From an uncultured Eubacteriales bacterium (GTDB lineage Bacteria > Bacillota_I > Bacilli_A > Acholeplasmatales > Anaeroplasmataceae), in contig CAVGEZ010000092.1 of assembly GCA_963628445.1 (NCBI GenBank), positions 10,634-74,633 on the forward strand: DNA of 64,000 nucleotides, written 5' to 3'. The notes under the pieces are model-generated. The model was not told the origin of the DNA and did no database searches. It saw only the letters and a list, made by a program, of their open reading frames with translations. Positions 38,417-47,365 of the stretch are shown here, in pieces. The position numbers and the translations under genes were made by a program. Positions within the stretch are counted from its first letter, which is position 1. The number at the start of each line of letters is the position of its first letter.

Positions 38417-38525
38417 CAATACTAAAAGTAATTCTAATATCACTATTTTTTAATAATTCTTTCCGTGCAAATAATTCACCTTTCCAAAATATTTTAGGAT
38501 TAATAACATAAATTATTAGAAATAT

Positions 38526-38657
38526 TTAAATCTTGCAAATCTGTTTTCTGTCTGTAGCACTTAAACTCACTCTTCCAGTATTATATTCCGCATGAGAGCA
38601 CATCCAAACTAACAATGATTTAGCTGCTTCTGATTTTAATCCAAAAAGTGGACTCAT
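38526..38657 (-). CDS. 43-aa ORF in the inter-arm spacer, possibly a gene remnant
   Basis: MSPLFGLKSEAAKSLLVWMCSHAEYNTGRVSLSATDRKQICKI is protein-like but short. It is isolated in an otherwise non-coding stretch of about 350 nt. Confidence 0.2.
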   Translation of the reverse strand: MSPLFGLKSEAAKSLLVWMCSHAEYNTGRVSLSATDRKQICKI

Positions 38658-38756
38658 ATAATCTATAAAATGTCATGTATGTTTAAAACGGAGTAAATAT
38701 CTGATTACTAGGAAATTATAAATAACTTTATATCTAATTGATGTTCTTAACAAGTT

Positions 38757-38798
38757 ATAAAAAAAATAAACCCCTTAACAAGAAATTCTGTTAAGAGG
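38757..38798 (-). terminator. rho-independent terminator ending the - strand module
   Basis: On the - strand, CCTCTTAACA pairs with TGTTAAGGGG (10 bp including one G-U). The loop is 8 nt and is followed by TTTATTTTTT. It lies immediately after the 38808 stop. Confidence 0.75.
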
Positions 38799-38807
38799 TT
38801 GATTTGG

Positions 38808-39038
38808 TTATTTACTTAGCATTTTAATCTTATCATTTATATAAAAGATTGCTTTCTTTAAATCTTCTATAGTTTTTTCTTTATTAGAGTATCCTTGTTC
38901 TTCTTTACGACCTGCCCGAAGTAAATATTTTATGGCATTACCTGTATCAAAATCAAGATGTCTAGTAATATCAATTACTTCTATACCACATTGCTCTTTT
39001 AGCCATGTATAATGTGAGGGGTGATTTACTTTATCCAT
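38808..39038 (-). CDS. DUF3310-like phage protein
   Basis: NHPSHY...IEVIDI...GNAIKYLLRAGRK matches my recollection of the DUF3310 signature. Confidence 0.55.
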   Translation of the reverse strand: MDKVNHPSHYTWLKEQCGIEVIDITRHLDFDTGNAIKYLLRAGRKEEQGYSNKEKTIEDLKKAIFYINDKIKMLSK

Positions 39039-39724
39039 AAATAATGTGGTTTAAATACAGGTTTATATTTTTCATCTACAATACTACAATTAATTACTTT
39101 AGATTCACCTAATGTTTCAAATTCCCTGTTAGAAGTGTGGAGATGCCCATGAAAAACATATCTAGGTTGCTTTTCTATTATACATTCTCTCAAAGGTTCA
39201 TTTCCGAGATGATCTTTTGGAACCCATTTCAAATCTTGTAAACAGACATCACTGCAACCATAAGGTGCATCGTGGGTAATGAGAATATCTATCCCTCTAG
39301 GAATTTTAGAATATAATTTTCTTAAAGTATCATCATCTCTCATATAAGCCCAATTACCAAATATTTTACAGTAAGGCGATCCAAAGATAGTATAGGCGTT
39401 TCCTTCACGATCTAGGTATCCATAAGATTCATTAAAGAGTATAGTAGCTTTTGAATAGTAAGGAAACATTCTTCTGTAAACTGTTTCATTACCTTCAACT
39501 CTACACTCATGGTTTCCAGGAATAAATAACACCTTTTCACAAGGAAGATTATCTACCCAATTAGTAAATTCATTTGCATACCAAGATTTACACTTATCAA
39601 AAGACATTTGAGCTTCTAAGCTAATTAAATCTCCACAAATTAATACTAATTCACAAGGTTCTATCTCAGGTAGATTGCCATGTAAGTCACTGAGGGCACA
39701 AATCTTCATACCTTTAGTGTCCAT
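39026..39724 (-). CDS. calcineurin-like metallophosphoesterase
   Basis: Motifs present: DLHGN, GDLIS, GNHE, ITHDAP, HGHLH. Confidence 0.8.
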   Translation of the reverse strand: MDTKGMKICALSDLHGNLPEIEPCELVLICGDLISLEAQMSFDKCKSWYANEFTNWVDNLPCEKVLFIPGNHECRVEGNETVYRRMFPYYSKATILFNESYGYLDREGNAYTIFGSPYCKIFGNWAYMRDDDTLRKLYSKIPRGIDILITHDAPYGCSDVCLQDLKWVPKDHLGNEPLRECIIEKQPRYVFHGHLHTSNREFETLGESKVINCSIVDEKYKPVFKPHYLWIK

Positions 39725-39948
39725 TCCTCAATAGTATCCCCACATTCTTCACAACTCCCAAGAACTTTCCAATCTCCCTGACTTTCAACTATGTTTATAA
39801 TAATATCTTGTAATAAGCCTACATCTTTAACAGTACTAAGTAGTTTAGTAATAACGTCTCTAATTTCTTGTGTAGTCATATCAATAGACTCTTTACCATC
39901 TATCAGTAAGGACTCACAGATACATCCTGTTGTATATTTTATTTCCAT
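39706..39948 (-). CDS. hypothetical protein
   Basis: Standard-code ORF that overlaps both neighbours on the same strand. No motif recognised. Confidence 0.5.
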   Translation of the reverse strand: MEIKYTTGCICESLLIDGKESIDMTTQEIRDVITKLLSTVKDVGLLQDIIINIVESQGDWKVLGSCEECGDTIEEWTLKV

Positions 39949-40295
39949 AATCCTAATTGTTTTCCAGCTGATTCATCCATAAATATTATTTTAGTATCAT
40001 CTTCTAAAGTAATTATATAATCTTTAAATTGTTTTATAAAAGGAGCATCTTTTTTAATACCCACAATTTGACCTGTTCTATAAGGATTATTAGGTTCTGA
40101 TTTTTCAGAATCTATTCCTATTATATAAACTGCTTTGTCTTTATTTTTAGCACATTCATCACAACATTTATTAGCCCAACCTATCGGTTTACCATGAACT
40201 GAATCTACATGCTTTCCAATTAAAATATTTTCTTCAGCAACCTTTCCACAGATAGGACAAAGATATTTAACTAAAGCTACACCGTCACTCATCAA
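39939..40295 (-). CDS. hypothetical Cys-rich (zinc-binding?) protein
   Basis: CPICGK ... CCDEC cysteine pairs. Packed within the operon. Confidence 0.5.
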   Translation of the reverse strand: MMSDGVALVKYLCPICGKVAEENILIGKHVDSVHGKPIGWANKCCDECAKNKDKAVYIIGIDSEKSEPNNPYRTGQIVGIKKDAPFIKQFKDYIITLEDDTKIIFMDESAGKQLGLWK

Positions 40296-40476
40296 TTAAA
40301 TCTACTTTAGACAATTTTACTTCAGTTACTTCTATCTTACTTGTTTGGCTTACTTGCCATTCTTCAAATTTAATTAAAGCCTCCTTTATATTAGAGGCTT
40401 TAATATAATCTATTCTTTCTATATTATCTTTTAAGTATTCTACTAAATACAATGTATACTTTTTCATAATTAACAA
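40285..40476 (-). CDS. hypothetical protein
   Basis: Packed standard-code ORF. Confidence 0.45.
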   Translation of the reverse strand: MLIMKKYTLYLVEYLKDNIERIDYIKASNIKEALIKFEEWQVSQTSKIEVTEVKLSKVDLIDE

Positions 40477-41024
40477 AAGTTTGTAAATAACGCAAATCTC
40501 ATGCCATCTTCATTAAAATATTCTGCATATTCAGCATCAAGATTTCCTTTATAATTTTTTAGTTTATCCTCCATTTTTTCACTTTCGGAAGTCCTATAAC
40601 CTCCTGCTATTTCTGTTTTATGAGATTCATGGTATGTGCGAGAACAATCATACCTACGTTCTTTTCCATCAATCATTGCAGTATGAACCTTCATACATTC
40701 TCCAATTTCATCATTAATAAATTGTTCCCATGTAAAGGACTCACTATATTCATTTTGAATAGTTGCATTATTTTTATCTATAAATTCCTTTATAGATTCT
40801 AAGGTAGGTTCATAATATTTTAAATTATTCAAATCCCATAAAAAAGCCCAACCATAACTTCTCTTACCTAAGTGAATTTTATAAGTATCAAGTTCTTCTT
40901 GTAAGTCAAAAAGATCCCATTTTACATCATCTAAATTATTATTTGAAACCCGTTCAGCTAGTTTATAAAATTTATCTTTAGTTTCTTGTTTAACAGGTAA
41001 TATAGCATAAAAATTAGTTCCCAT
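40470..41024 (-). CDS. hypothetical protein
   Basis: Packed standard-code ORF, 184 aa. Confidence 0.55.
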   Translation of the reverse strand: MGTNFYAILPVKQETKDKFYKLAERVSNNNLDDVKWDLFDLQEELDTYKIHLGKRSYGWAFLWDLNNLKYYEPTLESIKEFIDKNNATIQNEYSESFTWEQFINDEIGECMKVHTAMIDGKERRYDCSRTYHESHKTEIAGGYRTSESEKMEDKLKNYKGNLDAEYAEYFNEDGMRFALFTNFC

Positions 41025-41541
41025 CTTCTGTTCTTTTAGTGTTATAACAATCCAACCATAGTTGTCTTAATGAAATATCAGCTACTGCTTCTTGAGCATT
41101 TTTTAGAATAGTGTTAATAGCATTTACATAATCATACCTTAAATATTCTTGAACATTTTCTTCAGGCTTAATATTAGATAATACTACTAATTCTTCTAAA
41201 TATATATTAAGTAAATTATTATAATTATTTATAAATTCTTCTAATTCATATTCAGAATTAGCTTCTGCATGATTAAAGGCAGCATTATCATCTCCATCAA
41301 AATATTCTAAGGCTACTTTAAGATCTCTTTCCTTTTTTACACTATCTAGCCATACTAGGAAAGCGACCTTAATAGCACTATAATTATTTTTGTAGAAAGC
41401 TTGAATCATTACAGAAAGTAAATTTAATTTATAATTAAATATTGTTTCTTTAATACTTTCAAAACCCCATTTAATATCTTGTAAAGAAGCTCCTTTAGAT
41501 CTATAGCCTGCAGGAACTTTAAAATAAGTATAGTAACTCAT
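41014..41541 (-). CDS. hypothetical protein
   Basis: Packed standard-code ORF, 175 aa. Confidence 0.55.
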   Translation of the reverse strand: MSYYTYFKVPAGYRSKGASLQDIKWGFESIKETIFNYKLNLLSVMIQAFYKNNYSAIKVAFLVWLDSVKKERDLKVALEYFDGDDNAAFNHAEANSEYELEEFINNYNNLLNIYLEELVVLSNIKPEENVQEYLRYDYVNAINTILKNAQEAVADISLRQLWLDCYNTKRTEDGN

Positions 41542-41543
41542 AA

Positions 41544-41678
41544 TTAATAATCATAAATAGAACAATCTACTGTATCAAATAAACAGTCTTTACATTCAAC
41601 AGGATTGTCTAGAGATTCTATCCTAATCAATACAGGAAGTTCTCCTATTTCTTCAATACTTTCTTGAAGCTTTTTCAT
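41544..41678 (-). CDS. possible 44-aa protein
   Basis: MKKLQESIEEIGELPVLIRIESLDNPVECKDCLFDTVDCSIYDY fills the gap between two genes exactly. It is below the track cutoff. Confidence 0.3.
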   Translation of the reverse strand: MKKLQESIEEIGELPVLIRIESLDNPVECKDCLFDTVDCSIYDY

Positions 41679-41682
41679 CAAT

Positions 41683-41889
41683 TCAATGTTTGTCATAAAT
41701 ACATTTATATATTAAATTAATAGTTTCTTTATCTAATTCTATAACATCTTTAAAAACTCTATTAGAGAACTTTCTTAAAGCTATCCCAAAAAAGCTGTTA
41801 TCATCTTTTGGAAATTCTTTTTTAAAAGAATTAATCATAGCTTGCTTTTCTTCTACTGTATAAAAACTATTCATAATTCCAACGTCCAT
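41683..41889 (-). CDS. hypothetical protein
   Basis: Packed standard-code ORF. Confidence 0.45.
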   Translation of the reverse strand: MDVGIMNSFYTVEEKQAMINSFKKEFPKDDNSFFGIALRKFSNRVFKDVIELDKETINLIYKCIYDKH

Positions 41890-42169
41890 CTTGATAGTAA
41901 TGGAAAGCAGAGTAAAGACAACCCCATTCTACCGATAAACAGGTCATATTAATATTCTCTTTATCTGGTAAATTTTTAACCATTTCTATCATCTTAGTTT
42001 CAGGAAAATCCCATTTAGATTCAAATGTAATAGTAATATTTTCTTCATCAACCTCATCCAAATCAAAATAATGCCAATTTTCACTAAAGAAATTCATTAT
42101 ATATTCTAAATTCTTAGGATTTTCAGAATAAACTCTTAATTCATTATTACATATATTTGCCATAGTCAA
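41867..42169 (-). CDS. hypothetical protein (terminates in TAG)
   Basis: Ends ...GRWNYE-TAG (41867-41869). The next in-frame stop is TAA at 41831-41833. Confidence 0.55.
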   Translation of the reverse strand: MTMANICNNELRVYSENPKNLEYIMNFFSENWHYFDLDEVDEENITITFESKWDFPETKMIEMVKNLPDKENINMTCLSVEWGCLYSAFHYYQDGRWNYE

Positions 42170-42171
42170 AT

Positions 42172-42202
42172 TAAAAAAAGGAGCCTACCTAAATAGGCTC
42201 CT
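42172..42202 (-). terminator. rho-independent terminator within the early arm
   Basis: Perfect 9-bp stem AGGAGCCTA / TAGGCTCCT (42179-42187 / 42194-42202). On the - strand it is followed by TTTTTTT (42172-42178). Confidence 0.7.
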
Positions 42203-42251
42203 GAAAACCAATAAAAAACACCTCATTAGTGCTTAATAGCCTAAAATGGTG

Positions 42252-42518
42252 TTAGTCGTTAACATGAATAGAAATATCTCCACTAGGAAGATAATTTTCT
42301 ATCTTGTATTCATCAATAATAAGATTACCATTATTTTTAAGATAATCTTTTTGTTCTGCACTGTTCATTGCTATGAACTTATAAAATTCAGATTCATCAA
42401 GAATCATTTCAATATGTCCCGATTTCAAATAACCTACTATATATTCTAATGGTGTATTTATTGTATATTTTTTAGTCTTGTTTATTTCCATATAAAGTTT
42501 CATTAGTATGAGTATCAA
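42252..42518 (-). CDS. hypothetical protein (start uncertain; an internal MEINK start is possible)
   Basis: Standard-code ORF. It overlaps the upstream gene by 47 nt. Confidence 0.45.
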   Translation of the reverse strand: MILILMKLYMEINKTKKYTINTPLEYIVGYLKSGHIEMILDESEFYKFIAMNSAEQKDYLKNNGNLIIDEYKIENYLPSGDISIHVND

Positions 42519-42717
42519 ATATTTCTTCAGTAGCCTGCCCTCCGTTTTCCGAGGGTAACATTCCTTCTTCTGTGTCTACTAAAAGTTCTGAATCTACTGG
42601 ATACGCATCTAAGTTTAATATTTGATTGATAGCTTCTTCTATAGAATCTGCCTCTATTTTAAAATAATCTCTTCTCCAAATTGTGTTTTTAGAATCTTTA
42701 TATAAACTAAATTTCAT
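42472..42717 (-). CDS. hypothetical protein
   Basis: Packed standard-code ORF. Confidence 0.45.
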   Translation of the reverse strand: MKFSLYKDSKNTIWRRDYFKIEADSIEEAINQILNLDAYPVDSELLVDTEEGMLPSENGGQATEEIFDTHTNETLYGNKQD

Positions 42718-42937
42718 TTGTTACGTCCTCCCTTTTTATAACAGGATTTATATTGCAAAAATCTTTAGCTTCTAATAAATTATCAAATACAGCTAAATAA
42801 CTATCGCTGCTTATATCTAAGTTTAAAGCTGTATGCCAACCTATTTTAAAAGGACCTAATTTATTAGTTTCAACTCTATATCGAATACTACCATCCTTTA
42901 GAGTTTCTTTTATTATTCTTTTAGCCATAAATATCAA
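42707..42937 (-). CDS. hypothetical protein (terminates in TAG)
   Basis: Ends ...VTNEI-TAG (42707-42709). A TAA follows two codons later (42698-42700). Confidence 0.5.
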   Translation of the reverse strand: MIFMAKRIIKETLKDGSIRYRVETNKLGPFKIGWHTALNLDISSDSYLAVFDNLLEAKDFCNINPVIKREDVTNEI

Positions 42938-43112
42938 CTTTTACTTTTGGGTTTTCATAAATATGATAACCAAACTCTTTCATAGTCGAGGCTTCTTCGT
43001 CAGATAATTTTCTAAGATATATAATATTAGGCTCATTACTATCTAGTATATAAAATCCTTTATATTCTTTAATATCAGCTATGTATTCTAAATTATCAGA
43101 TAGTTGTTGCAT
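42921..43112 (-). CDS. hypothetical protein
   Basis: Packed standard-code ORF. Confidence 0.45.
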   Translation of the reverse strand: MQQLSDNLEYIADIKEYKGFYILDSNEPNIIYLRKLSDEEASTMKEFGYHIYENPKVKVDIYG

Positions 43113-43983
43113 TTAAATATGAATTTACTTGTAATGCTAAATTTTGTGCATCTGGATGTGCTTTTTTGCTTGATCTGAGTTCTATAAATTTATCCCAATC
43201 AGTATCAAAACCCGTCATATATAAAGTAGTTGCAGTAGATAAGTTAAGTATATCTCTGTTTATTTGTGGAGTGGGGTTATAACCTTCATGAGTTTTTAAA
43301 TATTCTATACTCTTAAAAGTATTTTCTAATTCTTTACAACTTATAATAAATATACAAGTTGCAGTATCTAGTCTATTACCTTTTGAATCTTCTCTGAAAA
43401 AGATTTCTTCTTCTATGTCATATACATTATTTTGAATATTGTTAATAATATCCCTATTTGCATAATAAGGTATACAGAAGGTTAGTCCTTTCTTAGCTAC
43501 ATTTACATATCTAGTACTAAGTTCCATAAAACTAAAAGCTCTATGTCTTATAAATTCTCTAGATATACTAATAGGTAATGTAAATTCAAAAGTATATCTC
43601 AGATGATGATTTTCTGTAGGACTACAGATATATTTCAAATCATTCTCCCATTTATTTTCTAATATTACTCTATAATTAGTAGTAATGTAAGCATGATAAA
43701 TATCTGTCTTAATTTTAGAATAAGGATTATATCTATATCTCTCACATACAGATATAAAATTAGGTTGCTTATAATCTAGCATTAAATAAATTGTACCATG
43801 CTCAAAAGGGCTAAAATGATTAAGATTTTTTAATCTTTCTGTAAAACCTTTATAGCTGCTCTCTGTTGCTTTATCTTGACTGTTCCAACATATTCTACCA
43901 ACCCTTTCAATATCTTTAAGTACAGATTCTCTATCAAAGCCGTGTGGCTCAATTCGGATGGCTTTAGGTTCTATAAAATTCAT
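43096..43983 (-). CDS. thyX: flavin-dependent thymidylate synthase
   Basis: ThyX signature RHRAFSFMELSTRY (RHRxxSxxxxSxR). The length of 295 aa is typical. Confidence 0.85.
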   Translation of the reverse strand: MNFIEPKAIRIEPHGFDRESVLKDIERVGRICWNSQDKATESSYKGFTERLKNLNHFSPFEHGTIYLMLDYKQPNFISVCERYRYNPYSKIKTDIYHAYITTNYRVILENKWENDLKYICSPTENHHLRYTFEFTLPISISREFIRHRAFSFMELSTRYVNVAKKGLTFCIPYYANRDIINNIQNNVYDIEEEIFFREDSKGNRLDTATCIFIISCKELENTFKSIEYLKTHEGYNPTPQINRDILNLSTATTLYMTGFDTDWDKFIELRSSKKAHPDAQNLALQVNSYLNATTI

Positions 43984-44132
43984 TTTTTATATTTTAAATA
44001 TTCTATAATTGTAACCGCAGTTCCTACTACTCCAAACCCAAGAAAGAATGCAAGTATAATAGCTATTACCCACCAGCCTAAACATATAGAAACAATAAAG
44101 GCTATTAAGAGTAAATAAGTTAGATAAATCAT
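43980..44132 (-). CDS. possible 50-aa membrane protein
   Basis: MIYLTYLLLIAFIVSICLGWWVIAIILAFFLGFGVVGTAVTIIEYLKYKK has two hydrophobic helices. Its TGA overlaps the thyX ATG (ATGA). It is below the track cutoff. Confidence 0.4.
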   Translation of the reverse strand: MIYLTYLLLIAFIVSICLGWWVIAIILAFFLGFGVVGTAVTIIEYLKYKK

Positions 44133-44338
44133 AGATCAATAGTTATGTGTTTAGTAGCTGCTTCTATATTTGTATAGTAAGTTTTGGAAATAGAACTTAC
44201 TTCAAAATCTCCAGCAACTTCTTTTGCAATATCCAAAGCCTTTTCTATATTTTCAGCTTTTATATTAATTTCTCTTATAAAATTACCTTTAGAAGAAGAT
44301 ATGATTGCTTTAAAAAGATTGAAATTTAATAGTTTCAT
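44129..44338 (-). CDS. hypothetical protein
   Basis: Packed standard-code ORF. Confidence 0.45.
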   Translation of the reverse strand: MKLLNFNLFKAIISSSKGNFIREINIKAENIEKALDIAKEVAGDFEVSSISKTYYTNIEAATKHITIDL

Positions 44339-44577
44339 TTTAAATTATTATACCAATTAGTAAGATCATCTACTGTTTTTACTCCGTGAAATCTATCTAC
44401 TTCCTTCCCTTCATTAAGTACAATAACAGTAGGAACTGCAGTAACTTCGTATTCTGAAACTGCCACTTCATTTTCTTCTACATTTATACTTTCATGAGGA
44501 ATATGAGCTTTACTTAGATTGTTTTCCAAAGCTCTACAGGGGCCACAAGTAGGTGAATAAAATTTAAGAATTTTCAT
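44335..44577 (-). CDS. thioredoxin-family protein
   Basis: Active-site motif FYSPTCGPCRAL (CGPC) in an 80-aa thioredoxin-sized protein. Confidence 0.75.
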   Translation of the reverse strand: MKILKFYSPTCGPCRALENNLSKAHIPHESINVEENEVAVSEYEVTAVPTVIVLNEGKEVDRFHGVKTVDDLTNWYNNLK

Positions 44578-45055
44578 AAGCTTTTAATAGTTTATTTATT
44601 ATTTCACTTCCGTAAGAATCTTTAGTTAATTCTATAAATTTCTTTATAGAAGTTTTACCCTCCATTGTTTTATTATGTTCAATCATAAACATTTTTCTCC
44701 CCATTAAACAACTTCCAGTAAGTTCATGATGCGCTGTAAATAAATCTAAATTATTATATTCTTTATTATAATCAGGAAATTTCTTTTTGAACTCTTCAAT
44801 TCTTTGTTCTTCTGTAGATAAATTGAATAATTTAGCTTGCAAAGAATAAAATGCTTCTTTTATAGTAGCTCCATGAGCATAAACTCCTTGCGCTTTTACA
44901 ATAAAACAAGGTATTATATTGTTGTGTACTATAAAAAATCCTTTTGCTACATTATTCCTAATATGAGTTATAAAGGTTTGCATACCATCTACAGTACACT
45001 TAGCACATAGTTCGTAGTTATTTAAAAATTCCTCAATTTCCTTCAGAGATTTCAT
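44564..45055 (-). CDS. hypothetical protein
   Basis: Packed standard-code ORF, 163 aa. Confidence 0.55.
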   Translation of the reverse strand: MKSLKEIEEFLNNYELCAKCTVDGMQTFITHIRNNVAKGFFIVHNNIIPCFIVKAQGVYAHGATIKEAFYSLQAKLFNLSTEEQRIEEFKKKFPDYNKEYNNLDLFTAHHELTGSCLMGRKMFMIEHNKTMEGKTSIKKFIELTKDSYGSEIINKLLKAYENS

Positions 45056-45248
45056 ATTTTACGTCTTTAACATCCCAATCTTTCAAATCTAAATTAGGGA
45101 TTCTTATATTTGTATTTTTTAATATATTATGTACTCGACATAATGCATCTGTAGGTAATATTATACTACTTTTAATATTATCTTCAGATACATTATCATC
45201 AAAACAAACCGTACGAGTTAATATACAAGTTACTTCTACTTGTTTCAT
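45033..45248 (-). CDS. hypothetical protein
   Basis: Packed standard-code ORF. Confidence 0.45.
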   Translation of the reverse strand: MKQVEVTCILTRTVCFDDNVSEDNIKSSIILPTDALCRVHNILKNTNIRIPNLDLKDWDVKDVKYEISEGN

Positions 45249-45817
45249 TAAATATAATCCATAAAATAAAGGTTATATTCATCATCTATCATTTCCTGAG
45301 TTATTGCAGGGTTATGTTCTGCAGCCCAGTTCTTTATAGTAGAACTTAAGAAATGCTTAATATTTTTAAAAATAGACCATTCAGATTTCCAAGGTACAAA
45401 ACTATAATAATGAACCTTAATACCTTTCCAATCTTGATAAAGAATAGTCCAATCTTTTTTAATTACTATTTCTGTAATGTATTCTTTATATATAGGAAGT
45501 ATTTTATTTACCTCTGCTCTGAAAAAATCCTCAGAACCTCCTTCTAGTATTATCCTAAACTTTACATTTAAAGCTTTAAAATAAGCACATAAAGTAGTTA
45601 GAGAAGAGAATACTTTATCAAGTTCTGCAATACCATGCATAACTCTCCAAATCTTCCTATTGTTCTTAGTTTGTTCTTTTATTCTAATATCAAAGAATCT
45701 AACATGACTATCTAATTGTTGCTGAATAGTTTTTGTTTGACATCTCCAGTATTTAGCAAACTGGTTATACCCATTTACAGAATCTAAATAGGTATATGAA
45801 TTATGAGACCCTATCAT
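45248..45817 (-). CDS. hypothetical protein, possibly a PLC-like phosphodiesterase fold
   Basis: N-terminal IGSHNSYTY ... RFFDIRI resembles the PI-PLC X-box start. This is a weak call from memory only. Confidence 0.55.
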   Translation of the reverse strand: MIGSHNSYTYLDSVNGYNQFAKYWRCQTKTIQQQLDSHVRFFDIRIKEQTKNNRKIWRVMHGIAELDKVFSSLTTLCAYFKALNVKFRIILEGGSEDFFRAEVNKILPIYKEYITEIVIKKDWTILYQDWKGIKVHYYSFVPWKSEWSIFKNIKHFLSSTIKNWAAEHNPAITQEMIDDEYNLYFMDYI

Positions 45818-46158
45818 TTTATATATTTTTTATTAGTCATTATTAAAGTTTCTCCTGTATGAGTAGGAATATTCTCCACTCGTAAGGTTTTAAAACTTCC
45901 AATATACCCTTTTAATTTCATTGTATCTACAACAGTATCATAAATACAATAAATTTCATTAGGATTGTTAGCATTAACTTCATAATCTCCTATTATATCT
46001 TTTATAAAAAACATTCCATCTTCATCAAATTCAATTTCCTCATTATAATTAGATATAACATATTCCCCAACTATAACATCTCGAAGAGTCTTGTCATATT
46101 CTTTAGTTTCTGAGCAAGAGGTAAGGAGAAGTAAGATCATCAATATACTATATTTCAT
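45814..46158 (-). CDS. putative lipoprotein
   Basis: Signal peptide with lipobox-like MKYSILMILLLLTSC. Confidence 0.6.
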   Translation of the reverse strand: MKYSILMILLLLTSCSETKEYDKTLRDVIVGEYVISNYNEEIEFDEDGMFFIKDIIGDYEVNANNPNEIYCIYDTVVDTMKLKGYIGSFKTLRVENIPTHTGETLIMTNKKYIK

Positions 46159-46430
46159 TTTCTAAATTGCTCTATAGTTTTAAACAATAAGGTACAAGTA
46201 TCTTCTGTTAGATCTACTTCCAAATCCCACAGCCAAAGAGAAATAATAGATACACCTTCTTTAGTAAAAAGTTGATTTAATATAAATTCAAAGAGCTTAT
46301 TTTGATAATCAACACATGGTACTTCCCATAAATCAGTATGAAATGTATCTGATACTGCTTCAATCGCTTTTACATTTTTTACATAAGAAGTTATAAGTTC
46401 TGTAAATTCAGTTAATGTTATCATGTCCAC
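46155..46430 (-). CDS. hypothetical protein
   Basis: Packed standard-code ORF. Confidence 0.45.
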   Translation of the reverse strand: MDMITLTEFTELITSYVKNVKAIEAVSDTFHTDLWEVPCVDYQNKLFEFILNQLFTKEGVSIISLWLWDLEVDLTEDTCTLLFKTIEQFRK

Positions 46431-46981
46431 AAATTAAAAAAGTATTTTATAAAATTTTCGCTATAAGTTCCTTGTTCAAACTTATCAGCCATATCATTTA
46501 TAATATTTTGCCAATCTTCTAAGGTCTTAATTTCTTTACATAATGCTGGATACCCATCTGCATTTTTTGCAAAACTTCTAAGTCTAGGAATAATAAAAGA
46601 AGCAAATTCTGGAGAATTTTTATTAAGATATTTTCTTAAATGTTCTTTAAAGCTTTTAATTCTAGCTTTATAAGCTTTATTACACCTATCAAAAGAAAAC
46701 TTATCAGAACTATTCCATTTAGCTCCTCCTAATTCTAACATATCCCAATCTTCAGGATTGCCACATCTCTTAAAGAAGCCTCCTTCTTTTTTAGCAAGCC
46801 ATTTTATTATAGTAGAATCTAACGACCAAAGTTCAGTAGTATCAAACCCAACTTTTCTAAGATCTCTTAGATATTTTCTTTTTTCAACTCGAAATCCTCT
46901 TTTTCTTTTTTTGTTTCTAAAACCATTACCAAAAAAATCATCGCAGTGGTAAGGGTTTATTCCTTTCCAAATGTCTTCCAT
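46421..46981 (-). CDS. hypothetical protein
   Basis: Packed standard-code ORF, 186 aa, with a basic N-terminal region. Confidence 0.55.
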   Translation of the reverse strand: MEDIWKGINPYHCDDFFGNGFRNKKRKRGFRVEKRKYLRDLRKVGFDTTELWSLDSTIIKWLAKKEGGFFKRCGNPEDWDMLELGGAKWNSSDKFSFDRCNKAYKARIKSFKEHLRKYLNKNSPEFASFIIPRLRSFAKNADGYPALCKEIKTLEDWQNIINDMADKFEQGTYSENFIKYFFNLWT

Positions 46982-47144
46982 TAAAATGAGGTTTAATATG
47001 GTATCTAACTGGGGGATCTGGTCTTACTATAATAGTAGGTCTTCTATAATAATAAAAATCACTATAGTATCCACTATCATAATATAAAGTATCACATGAA
47101 GTAATACTACATATCAAAAGTAGAAATAAAATAAATTGTTTCAT
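46938..47144 (-). CDS. putative small lipoprotein
   Basis: MKQFILFLLLICSITSC signal/lipobox, followed by a Tyr-rich mature part. Confidence 0.5.
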   Translation of the reverse strand: MKQFILFLLLICSITSCDTLYYDSGYYSDFYYYRRPTIIVRPDPPVRYHIKPHFNGRHLERNKPLPLR

Positions 47145-47362
47145 TCATTTAACATTACTTCAAATTCATCTATATTCCAATCTTTTACATCTGGGGGAGG
47201 GACTTGTTCTTGAACTGCTTCATATAAATTTGTGTCTGAAAAATCACAAGATTCATAAGGAAACCCGTCCTCATCTACTTCAGTTTCTGATTTATAATCA
47301 TCTACTTCTATTTCAGCCTCTTTGCTTAGAGACATACAAATTAATACTTTTACTTTTGCCAT
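47141..47362 (-). CDS. hypothetical acidic protein
   Basis: Packed ORF, strongly Asp/Glu-rich. Confidence 0.45.
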   Translation of the reverse strand: MAKVKVLICMSLSKEAEIEVDDYKSETEVDEDGFPYESCDFSDTNLYEAVQEQVPPPDVKDWNIDEFEVMLNE

Positions 47363-47365
47363 ATT

